Assembly: GCA_963662275.1 (NCBI GenBank)
Contig: OY759316.1
Location: 3,712,001-3,776,000 of the forward strand
Direction of reading: 5' to 3'
Length of the DNA stretch: 64,000 nt
DNA from: Candidatus Cloacimonadales bacterium
GTDB taxonomy: Bacteria; Cloacimonadota; Cloacimonadia; Cloacimonadales; DAONDQ01
Shown here: positions 49,201 through 57,919 of the stretch, piece after piece
Layout: each line of letters begins with the position of its first letter
Numbering within the stretch: the stretch's first letter is position 1
Notes under the pieces: generated by a model
Told to the model about the DNA's origin: nothing
The model's input: the letters and a program-made list of their open reading frames with translations, nothing else
Database searches by the model: none
Position numbers and translations under genes: made by a program

Positions 49201-49653
49201 ATGTTCAGAGTTATATTCCTCGTTTTATTAATTATCATTCCGTTTCAGTTGTATTGTGATGTCATGTATGTCCATCTCACAAATGGAACTACTGCGGAGT
49301 TCCAGGTTCAGGATATTCAGCAGATCAATTTCAGTAATGTCTCCAATAATGATTGGGTTGCGTTCCTGCCTAAAGTTCCCATTAAGTTTTTAACCAATTA
49401 TCCTAATCCGTTTAATCCCTCAACAATCATCAAGTTTGAATTGTCAGAACCGTATCAGACAGAGGTTTCGATCTACAATATCAGAGGTCAACTGGTGAAG
49501 GTTCTGGCAAAAGACTATATGACTAAAGGTATTCACGAGTTGACCTGGAACGGCTTGAATGAAACCGGTAATACCTGTGCCTCGGGTCCTTATATTTATA
49601 AGGTCAAGTGCAATGACCAAATCAAAGTCAATAAAATGCTGATGTTAAAATAG
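49201..49653 (+). CDS. Small secreted protein: short N-terminal beta module plus FlgD/T9SS-like C-terminal domain
   Basis: Signal peptide, MYVHLTNGTTAEFQVQDIQQINFS, then NYPNPFNP...KMLMLK. Confidence 0.8.
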   Translation: MFRVIFLVLLIIIPFQLYCDVMYVHLTNGTTAEFQVQDIQQINFSNVSNNDWVAFLPKVPIKFLTNYPNPFNPSTIIKFELSEPYQTEVSIYNIRGQLVKVLAKDYMTKGIHELTWNGLNETGNTCASGPYIYKVKCNDQIKVNKMLMLK

Positions 49654-49662
49654 GAGCATACG

Positions 49663-50553
49663 ATGTACAAAATATTATTGATTAGTTGCCTTATCCTTTT
49701 AACTTCTTTTCTTTTTGCGCAGACTCAGATGAATGTGCATACTACAAACGGTATGACCACTTTCAATCTGAATGAAATCACGGATATCACTTTCAGTCAG
49801 GGAACAACTCCTGACCAGATGGTACTTGTACAGGGCGGTACTTTCAATAATGGCACATCTGATGTAACGGTATCATCCTTTTACATAGATAAGTATGAAC
49901 TTACACAGTCTGCCTATCAGACAGTGATGGGAGTGAATCCATCCTATTTCTCTGGTGTAACAAATGGTCCGGTGGAATATGTATCCTGGTTTGATGCGAT
50001 AGAGTACTGCAACAAACGCAGTATAAATGAAGGTCTGACACCCTGCTACAGTTACAGCACTTATGGGACGAATCCCGCGACCTGGCCAACGGGCTGGAAC
50101 ACAGACTACCAGAATCATACTAATGTTTTCTGCAGTTGGACAGCGAGTGGCTATCGCCTGCCCACGGAAGCGGAATGGGAATTTGCCGCGCGTGGAGGTA
50201 ATTCCACACATGGTTATACCTATAGCGGTAGTAATACGCTAGGTGATGTCGCTTGGTACTCTTCGAACTCCGGCAGTACAACTCATGCAGTTGGAACCAA
50301 GACAGCCAATGAACTGGGTTTATTTGATATGTCAGGCAACGTCTGGGAGTGGAATTGGGACATCTATGGCTCTTACCCGGTTAGTGCACAGACCAACCCG
50401 CATGGTGCTTTCAGCGGGAGTTTCCGTGTGTACCGTGGCGGTTGCTGGGACTACAATGCCACCTTCTGCACCGTTTCCAATCGGTACAGCGACTTCTATG
50501 CGACTATCAGAGCCGTCAACATAGGCTTTCGCTTGTGTAGGACTTCCCCTTGA
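49663..50553 (+). CDS. Secreted FGE-sulfatase (SUMF1)/C-type-lectin-fold protein, candidate DGR target
   Basis: MVLVQGGTF, FYIDKYELTQ, YRLPTEAEWEFAARGG, NELGLFDMSGNVWEW, RVYRGGCW...IGFRL. Confidence 0.88.
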   Translation: MYKILLISCLILLTSFLFAQTQMNVHTTNGMTTFNLNEITDITFSQGTTPDQMVLVQGGTFNNGTSDVTVSSFYIDKYELTQSAYQTVMGVNPSYFSGVTNGPVEYVSWFDAIEYCNKRSINEGLTPCYSYSTYGTNPATWPTGWNTDYQNHTNVFCSWTASGYRLPTEAEWEFAARGGNSTHGYTYSGSNTLGDVAWYSSNSGSTTHAVGTKTANELGLFDMSGNVWEWNWDIYGSYPVSAQTNPHGAFSGSFRVYRGGCWDYNATFCTVSNRYSDFYATIRAVNIGFRLCRTSP

Positions 50554-50749
50554 TTTTTGTATTTTATCCTTTTGCAAAATGCTCGTAACATAGTTTGGCA
50601 AACTGTTGTATTCGACAATGGTATTGTCGAATTCTGCCAAGATCGTGTATTGTCAATCTACTCTAATAATAGGTTTTTCTTGACGCAATTTCTATATTAA
50701 AAATATTATATTATTAAAACTAAATAATTAAATGATTATATGAGGACTT

Positions 50750-51555
50750 ATGGAAATTAAAGAAGTACATAGTACGTCATAGTTTTTGACAAACATTGAA
50801 ACGTTTTCTTAAGAATCATCTAATCCACTATGGTTCAAGGAATAGGTAATGTTCAAAAATATGAATTGATTCCTTCTTTGTATCGAAGAAAAGATATCTC
50901 AGATATTGATGAGTTTATTAAAATTGATATGGGAATTACAGAAGATTTAGAGTTGAAGGGCGTTGCATATAATAGCGAAATATCAACTAATACATATTTT
51001 CATAATTTGTTCATTCTACAACATTATGGGTGCCCAACAAGGTTGTTAGATTGGACAGAGAATCCATTTGTTGCTCTTTTTTTTACCTTAGAATCAGCAT
51101 TAAGATATAATGTAGCTCCAAAAGAAAATGCTTGTGTATGGGTTTTGGATCCTATTAATTGGAATAACATGGTTCATTCAGGATATTCAACAAACCCTCC
51201 TAACAAAATCCTATCCCACAAAGACGATCAAGTGAAAGCATATGATATTAATGAATTGAGGAAATCTGACCGAAAATATCCTATTGCGATTTCGGGTACT
51301 CATAATAGTAGAAGAATTGTTGCCCAAAAAGGGACATTTGTTATTTTTGGGAAAAATACTAAAAGTATGGACAAAGTTCTATTAGATTTCCCCCATGCTA
51401 ACACATCAATATTAAGAAAACTGGTACTTCCCAAAAAATTATTATCCGAAATTTTCAGAGATTTGCAAAGATACGGAATAACTGATTCTGTTTTATTCCC
51501 AGAGCTTGACGGACTTTGTAAAGAGTTGAGTCGAAAATATGGATATAGGAGTTAG
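50750..51555 (+). pseudogene. FRG-domain protein, 5' end disrupted
   Basis: ATG 50750, in-frame TAG (50780) and TAA (50810), frameshift at ~50837 within the WF(R)G motif; the rest has LIPSLYR, LQHYGCPTRLLDWT, RIVAQKGTF, LFPELDG. Confidence 0.75.
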
Positions 51556-51556
51556 T

Positions 51557-52630
51557 ATGTTTGAAGTTACATCATTTGATGCAAAAAGCCTAAGTTGGTG
51601 GTATTATAACCGAGATAAAATTGATATGGAACCAATTTATCAACGTAAAGGCAATATTTGGAATGATCACTCACGTGCTTTTTTAATTGACTCAATCCTT
51701 AATAGCTTTGATATTCCGAAATTGTATATTGCTGATTTTGTTCTACAGAATTCTTCATTAAATTATAGGAATAATACTATGCTATTATTGATGATAAACA
51801 AAGACTAGATGCTATTTTTGGCTTTTTTGAAGATAAATATTCTCTTTCTGATGATTTTGTTTATTATGATAATCCCAGTATTTGTCTGGGAAATATGTTT
51901 TATTCAGATTTAAAAAAAACACTATGACATTGCTTTAAAGTTTGAGAATTTTAATTTATCAGTTATGCGAGTGAGAACTGATAATGAAAGTATGATTAAT
52001 GAGTTATTTATTAGATTAAATCGAGGAAAGGCATTAAGTGGGGCTGAGATAAGAAGTGCTATGAGTGGGGTAATTCCACTATTTATTAAGGAAATATCAT
52101 CTACTGTTTTTTTTCAACAAAAAATCAGATTTAATGTGCAAAGAAAACAAGACGAGAATACAGCTGCAAAATTATTGTTGATAGAATTTAGAGGTAGTTT
52201 TGTAGATACAAAGAAAAGAATGCTTGATTTGTTTGTGGAAGAGGCAATTACTTCAGAAAGTGAGAATTTTGAAAGTGCAAAAGAAAGAGTGATTGCTAAT
52301 CTTTTACTGATGGAACAGCAATTTTCTGATAGAGATATGTTACTCAGATCAGCAAGTTTAATTCCTATTTTCTATTGGTTTTTTCGTAACCATCATAGTA
52401 ATCAAGTGAATTATCATGACTTTATACAATGGTTTGTAAATACAAACAATGTTATGAAAAAATCAAATTATTCTTATGAAGCATTTGTAGCAAGGGAGAA
52501 GGTAGAATCTTTTTATAACTTTAATTTGAGTATCAAAAATGCTAATGATCGTGATAGCTTACAGCAATGCTATTTTATTCTAGAATCTCTTTATGATTAC
52601 TGGTATCAAGTGGTAAATGATTTTATATAG
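51557..52630 (+). pseudogene. DUF262 (GmrSD-like ParB/Srx) domain protein, frameshifted
   Basis: PIYQR, DSILNSFDIP, IIDDKQRL (degenerate DGxQR), LFIRLN; frameshifts at ~51775 and in the A-run at ~51915. Confidence 0.72.
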
Positions 52631-52870
52631 TATTTGTGATTAGGTTTGTTATTTAATTATTACTATCTTAATCAAGCTATCTTAGAAAAGTGATTCAAAT
52701 TAGACCAAAATTGCTATCTAGATTTTGTTATTAAAAAGAAGTTCTTTAAGATTAACACCGATAATAAAAATGCTATTTCAAACACACCTTAAATTACGAA
52801 GTCGATAAAACAAGCGGATAATCTTGATAAGAGACTTGCAGATTTCATCCTTGAACTCCTTGTCTTATCC

Positions 52871-53995
52871 TTAGAAGAGTTCTACATATTTGTTAAATAT
52901 ATACAATTTATTACGCTGATTACCAGTAATTTCCTTTAGAATTCCAAGCTTTTCGAAATCATTTATTAACTTATATGAAGATACTTTGGTTAAACCGGTT
53001 GCTTGTGAAACATCTTCAGCTTTTACAACTGGATTAGAAAATAGATAAGTGAGTAGTTTATTTCCCTTATGCATTTTTCTTCCCAGCTTGGGTAGAAGTT
53101 GAGTCTCGCAATCTTGCTTAATAGAGATAATCGTCCGAAGACCCTGGATTGCATTGTCGCATGTTTGTTCAATGCCGGTTAATACGAATCTGTACCAGTT
53201 ATTCAAATCATTTTCAGTACGCACCTTCATCAGGTTTTGATAATACAAATCACGATTCATTTCAAAATATTCAGATAGATAAAGAACTGGTTTTCTTAAG
53301 ATACTAGTAGAAACAAAATATAAGGTAAATAACGATCTTCCGATTCTGCCATTCCCATCCAGAAAAGGATGTATTGTCTCAAATTGATAGTGAGCAAGGG
53401 CAATACGTAAAATAGGTGGTAAGCCAGTTTTGTCATTATGCAGGAAATTCTCCAGATCTCCCATCAGTTTATTAACTTCTTCCCAAACAGGCGGTATGAA
53501 ATATGCTGATGCAATACTTGCTCCTCCTATCCAGTTCTGGCTTCTACGAAATTCACAGGGAGATTTATGTTCTCCTCTCACTCCTTGCAGTAAGATAGAA
53601 TGCATTTCTTTGAGTAACCTGGATGAGATCGGAATCCTGTTTAATTGCTCGACGCCGTAATTCATTGCCTCAACATAATTGTTTACTTCTTTCCAGTCAT
53701 TTCTTTTCTCGGGATTAATATCCTCTTCATTCATCAATGCTTCATCAATATTAGTTCGCGTACCTTCGATTCTACTTGATAAAGTAGCTTCCTTGAATAT
53801 ATGCATTTTAATAAATAGATCAATATCTGGAACCAAGTCAGAGTAAGCGCTTAATTCGCCAAGTTTACGACTTGCTTTTTCATATAAGGATAGTAGATCA
53901 GTTTGATCGAAATGATATGGTCTATTGATTAGAGAAGGCTGAAATGCCTTATAAGTGTTATTTTGAATATATTTTCCTGCTTCGAAGTCCTTCAT
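52871..53995 (-). CDS. Fic family protein (class II-like, N-terminal inhibitory motif, C-terminal HTH)
   Basis: HPFLDGNGRIGR; EATLSSRIEG. Confidence 0.92.
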   Translation of the reverse strand: MKDFEAGKYIQNNTYKAFQPSLINRPYHFDQTDLLSLYEKASRKLGELSAYSDLVPDIDLFIKMHIFKEATLSSRIEGTRTNIDEALMNEEDINPEKRNDWKEVNNYVEAMNYGVEQLNRIPISSRLLKEMHSILLQGVRGEHKSPCEFRRSQNWIGGASIASAYFIPPVWEEVNKLMGDLENFLHNDKTGLPPILRIALAHYQFETIHPFLDGNGRIGRSLFTLYFVSTSILRKPVLYLSEYFEMNRDLYYQNLMKVRTENDLNNWYRFVLTGIEQTCDNAIQGLRTIISIKQDCETQLLPKLGRKMHKGNKLLTYLFSNPVVKAEDVSQATGLTKVSSYKLINDFEKLGILKEITGNQRNKLYIFNKYVELF

Positions 53996-54056
53996 GATAA
54001 CCTCCTTAGGAATAACTCAAAATTGATAATTATTACTTTATTGTATTTGGCAAGCT

Positions 54057-54171
54057 TTAATTAAGTTTCAGCCTCTAAACTTAACTAAGGATTTTGTTAA
54101 TTAATTTTCAGCCTCTAAACTTAACTAATGAATCTGTTAATTAAGTTTCAGCCTCTAAACTTAACTAAGGA
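54057..54171. repeat. 40-bp tandem repeat x3 upstream of the Fic gene
   Basis: TTAATTAAGTTTCAGCCTCTAAACTTAACTAA at 54057, 54097 and 54137. Confidence 0.85.
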
Positions 54172-54201
54172 ACATGTGAAATACGAAGTTCGAAAGCAGA
54201 T

Positions 54202-54277
54202 AGCAGGAACGGCGTCCTACTCTACAACCGTCTAAAGGCGGAGCTACGAAGACAGCAAGATTGGAATCTTATGCCAC
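54202..54277. repeat. REP-like cluster
   Basis: AGCAGGAACGGCGTCCTACTCTAC (identical at 57122), CAACCGTCTAAAGGCGGAGCTAC (reverse complement of the 2027 unit), AAGATTGGAATCTTATGCCAC. Confidence 0.8.
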
Positions 54278-54305
54278 AACAGAAGATTCCTGAAGTAATC
54301 TTTAC

Positions 54306-55391
54306 TCAATTCACACAAGTCCAAACAAACTTCCGAATGATGTTATTGAATTTGCTCCATTGATTGGTTGCATGTTGATAATGTCCAGCAACAATACCAG
54401 GAGCAATTCCGATTTGCTTAGCAAGAATGTTAACATCATTCTCTGTTTTCATAAGAGGAATTTGGTCTCTGTATTCCGTGGGAATCAGCATATCTGAGGC
54501 AAAATCATCCGCTTCAACTTCTCTGGGGTCGTTACGGTCATCCTGATCGTTGATGAATACATCACGTTTATCATGCAGCATGACATGTCCGGCTTCATGA
54601 AAGAAAGAGAACCAGAACCTGTCTTCTTTTTTACCCCGTAAATTCAGCATGATAAGGATTTTATCCTTGGAGAGCCATTCAGTAGCACCGCTCCAGGGAA
54701 CATTCTTCATTTCAGGTACTAAGGCAAGAGCTACACCTGATTCGGCACAAAGCTTTGTCAGTGTTGGACAAAATTCTTTCGGTTCTTGTAACGTTAATGA
54801 TCGGATTTTATGTAGATTCTTGAGAAAAGTCGCTCCGTTGTAGGGCTTGCAGTCCATATTTTTTGCCTGTAATTCACCCATACGTATCCATGTGGCAGCA
54901 GCATAGGGATTCGTGCTGAAGCAGGAGGAACGGCGGGTGGCAATTTGGGGTGCTGCCCAATAGTCATGCCATGACTTGACACTGCCAACTCCGAAGAATG
55001 AAAGAACACTCCTGAATTGTTCCATAGAATCTTTATATGGTTTGATGAATCCTCTTTTTATCAGTTCATTCACAGGAATATGAGAAAGCCATTCAAGATC
55101 ACTGGCTAATTGTTCCTTCTCTTCAATTCTCAATAGTTGTGCTCTATATAGAGCTTCGTAATTATTCCAAAACCGGGCAGGTACCCCTGTTACCAACTCC
55201 AATTTATCAGCCGTTTCATAGGTTACCGGTTGTTCCCCTTTAAAAATACGTATAAGAGACTGTTCAGTGATACCCAACCTGATCGCAAACTCTTTTTGAC
55301 TCATGGAAAGATCTTCCATGGTTTCTTTTATTGTACGCCCTGGGGCAACGGCATAATCAGGCATTTGTGCCTCTTTTCTTTTTGCACACAT
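54306..55391 (-). CDS. higA: HigA-family antitoxin, XRE-HTH fused to an ImmA/IrrE (DUF955) metallopeptidase domain
   Basis: AVAPGRTIKE...MSQKEFAIRLG...ARFWNN; FWFSFFHEAGH. Confidence 0.85.
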   Translation of the reverse strand: MCAKRKEAQMPDYAVAPGRTIKETMEDLSMSQKEFAIRLGITEQSLIRIFKGEQPVTYETADKLELVTGVPARFWNNYEALYRAQLLRIEEKEQLASDLEWLSHIPVNELIKRGFIKPYKDSMEQFRSVLSFFGVGSVKSWHDYWAAPQIATRRSSCFSTNPYAAATWIRMGELQAKNMDCKPYNGATFLKNLHKIRSLTLQEPKEFCPTLTKLCAESGVALALVPEMKNVPWSGATEWLSKDKILIMLNLRGKKEDRFWFSFFHEAGHVMLHDKRDVFINDQDDRNDPREVEADDFASDMLIPTEYRDQIPLMKTENDVNILAKQIGIAPGIVAGHYQHATNQWSKFNNIIRKFVWTCVN

Positions 55392-55400
55392 TCTAGCCTC

Positions 55401-55736
55401 CTAATGTGTATCTGTAATTTCTATGATTTCAATTTCTGTTACAGCAGAAAGATCAATACCTGTATCAGCAAACCGAGGAACAGGATCGTTAGTAACTTGA
55501 AAGATTAAACGTAAAGGGTGAGTCAAATCGACAGAGAACTGTTCCTTCCGATTTCCTATAAGCATATGACATCTCGGTCTTGGAAAGAGGAATAGAACTG
55601 CTAAAGTTTCAGCTGAAAGTAAATCAAACATGCGTTGTTCAAGCTTCTCTGCACAAAAACTTCCTAACTGCTTTACCATTTCTTTTTTGTCAGTACATAA
55701 TTTCTCAAGCTTCTTTGAATGATAAGTTACTTGCAT
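55401..55736 (-). CDS. higB: HigB/RelE-like toxin (killer protein)
   Basis: KKLEKLC...RCHMLIGNRKEQFSVDLTHPLRLIF...EITDTH; upstream of higA. Confidence 0.82.
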   Translation of the reverse strand: MQVTYHSKKLEKLCTDKKEMVKQLGSFCAEKLEQRMFDLLSAETLAVLFLFPRPRCHMLIGNRKEQFSVDLTHPLRLIFQVTNDPVPRFADTGIDLSAVTEIEIIEITDTH

Positions 55737-55751
55737 ATGCCATCCTTGTCA

Positions 55752-55790
55752 AGTATAATATATTAACATAGCATGTTAATAAGTTATACT
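55752..55790. promoter_or_regulatory. Palindromic operator upstream of higBA
   Basis: AGTATAA-ta-TATTAACAT-agc-ATGTTAATA-ag-TTATACT. Confidence 0.55.
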
Positions 55791-55904
55791 GTATTATCTC
55801 CACAATTATATACGATATCCGATACAAATCTTCTTGCCTTTTTGACTGCTAAATGATTAGCTAAGATGATTATAAGCAGAATGGATTGTCAATGGAAATC
55901 GTGG

Positions 55905-56032
55905 GAAGTTCGAAGTGCGAATGCAGAGAGTAAGAACGGAGTCTTACTCAACGCAAAGTCTCTATTTCCATAAGATCGGAATCTTATGCCACGAAAGTTA
56001 TAGGTTCAGTAGGATCGGAATCCTACTCCACC
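55905..56032. repeat. REP-like cluster with heptamers, overlapping the 3' end of the DUF488 gene
   Basis: GAAGTTCGAAGTGCGAA, GAGTAAGAACGGAGTCTTACTC, CATAAGATCGGAATCTTATGCCAC, AGTAGGATCGGAATCCTACTCCAC. Confidence 0.7.
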
Positions 56033-56882
56033 CAAGATCTTTCGTTCTTTTCCTTATCTCTTCAGCCAAGACATGGCGGTGGCAATTCTTAAAATCTGCT
56101 TCAAAACAGGTGAGTGAAATGCGTTTGTTAGAGTTCAGTATTTCCATAATCCTTCCGATGTTCCCATTGTGTTGTGGTAATAAGTTTTCTGAATAGAATG
56201 TAAACAAAGCAGTCTTATTTTGAAATTCTTTCCGATAGCTGGTAGGAATTCCCATTTCAGGGATGTGCAGGTATTCGATTTCGAGCATCTTACAATGCTT
56301 AGCGATGTTCGAGCCTATGAATTCCTTTTTCATACTATAGCTGCTTGCCCTGACATCGACCAGTACCTGGATGTTGTTTTCTATTAGCTGAGATAAGTAC
56401 TTATCTATACTTTTTCCTTCGTAACCGATGGTAAATAAGGTCAGTTCATTTTGTTTCGGTTTGCAACTAGTGACGGCATCCATTTCCTGGGCAGTCAGGA
56501 GTTCCTGCGCTTTGATGCTGTTGATCGCATAACGGGGATAGTGGATAGAGACATATTTCATTAAGTCGTTGGTATTATTGTGTCCGAATTGAACGAGCAT
56601 ATCATCCAACTCGGCTTTTCTCTTTGCACTGATCTTTATAGGAACAGAGCTTTTAATCGTATATTTTTCATCTGCAAAAGCAAGAAAGTCATTTTTGCAT
56701 AATTGATCCAGATCATGCTGAAGAGTAATTGAATAAGGTCCATAACGGTATGGGAAAAAGTCAAAGGATGGGTCATCAGATTCGAGAGTGGATAAGAACA
56801 TCAGCTTTTGCAGCTTAGTTTTGCCTGATTGCTGAAGTTTATCAACCATGTAAAGCAGTTCTTTTTGACGATTAAATAGCAC
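55998..56882 (-). CDS. DUF488-domain protein with an N-terminal wHTH-like region
   Basis: KTKLQKLMFL...PYRYGPYS; LFTIGYEG, LVDVR, YLHIPEMG, CFE...CHR. Confidence 0.78.
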   Translation of the reverse strand: MLFNRQKELLYMVDKLQQSGKTKLQKLMFLSTLESDDPSFDFFPYRYGPYSITLQHDLDQLCKNDFLAFADEKYTIKSSVPIKISAKRKAELDDMLVQFGHNNTNDLMKYVSIHYPRYAINSIKAQELLTAQEMDAVTSCKPKQNELTLFTIGYEGKSIDKYLSQLIENNIQVLVDVRASSYSMKKEFIGSNIAKHCKMLEIEYLHIPEMGIPTSYRKEFQNKTALFTFYSENLLPQHNGNIGRIMEILNSNKRISLTCFEADFKNCHRHVLAEEIRKRTKDLGWSRIPILLNL

Positions 56883-57090
56883 TACACCCTCTCATGCATA
56901 AGATGCATTTAGAAATAGATATACCGCATAGGTTGTCAATAAAAAATCATCGTTAGTGATTAATATGTCGATGCTATCGACATGTTCTTTTAACGTGTCG
57001 ATTTTGACGATGAAAATCGACACGTATTGATTCTTAATTAAGTTTTGATAGGTAACTTGTGGCTGAAGAGAAGACGGAAAGTCTCAGGTT

Positions 57091-57248
57091 CCATAAGATT
57101 GGAATCTTATGCCACGGTTTCAGCAGGAACGGCGTCCTACTCTACGCAGAGCAGAACTAACTCTCCCCTTCGACTACGCTCAGGGAACACCTAACCCCTC
57201 TCTTTGCAAAAGCGAGGGAACAGCACCGGCTAAACCCGGAGCTACGTA
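57091..57248. repeat. REP-like cluster
   Basis: CATAAGATTGGAATCTTATGCCAC, AGCAGGAACGGCGTCCTACTCTAC, CTTCGACTACGCTCAG (reverse complement near 17683), ACCGGCTAAACCCGGAGCTAC. Confidence 0.8.
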
Positions 57249-57262
57249 GCAATTTTTAGTTA

Positions 57263-57919
57263 TTAGTTTTTAGCTTTTAGTTTTGAGATATTATCTGTCA
57301 GCGTTTTATCATCTTCTGACCAATAATGACCTGCAATAAGATACCTGAAAGGGTACTTCTTATAAGATTCAAGTGTATTGATGAAGATTTCACGGCTGAC
57401 ATCGTTCTCATAAAGTTCGGGTTCTTCCACATTATCGCCAACGATAAGAACCTGGTCGATTGAGTCATAGATGGATATGGAATCAGAAGTATGACCTGGA
57501 GAATGGAAGATCCCAACCCTTTCATTAAGAAACGTTATCTTCTCTGAGAATGTGATGTTGGGGATGGGTATCTCAATTTGGTCACGTATGTATTTTTGAT
57601 TTTCTTTCAGTTGCTCAGCGAAATGGATTCCCAATTCCTTTGAGAATAGATCATGGGCTACGAATAAGCCTTGAGGAAAGGCAGAGTTACCCCAGATATG
57701 ATCCCAGTCATAGTGAGTATTAACAATGACAGTTTTACGAGTTTCAATTAATGCTTCGAGGTATTTCAAAACAGGTTCTATATAAGAAGCTCCAAGGTAG
57801 GTATCGATAACAAAAACGTGCTCTTCACCAATGATTACATAGACATGAGTTGAAAAGCCAACCAAATCATCAAAGATGAATAGTTGACCGCGTTGTCCAA
57901 TTGAATACTGTTTCATCAT
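57263..57919 (-). CDS. MBL-fold metallo-hydrolase
   Basis: VIDT, NTHYDWDHIWGN, SPGHT, VGD, AGH. Confidence 0.88.
   Translation of the reverse strand: MMKQYSIGQRGQLFIFDDLVGFSTHVYVIIGEEHVFVIDTYLGASYIEPVLKYLEALIETRKTVIVNTHYDWDHIWGNSAFPQGLFVAHDLFSKELGIHFAEQLKENQKYIRDQIEIPIPNITFSEKITFLNERVGIFHSPGHTSDSISIYDSIDQVLIVGDNVEEPELYENDVSREIFINTLESYKKYPFRYLIAGHYWSEDDKTLTDNISKLKAKN

Noticed and set aside
50780..50812. Stop-codon recoding or alternative genetic code in the FRG gene
   Set aside because: Both TAG and TAA occur together with frameshifts, and all other genes use standard stops; decay is the simpler explanation
49663..52630. Complete DGR cassette (RT, avd, template repeat) at this locus
   Set aside because: No reverse transcriptase motifs and no second copy of the variable region were found in the window
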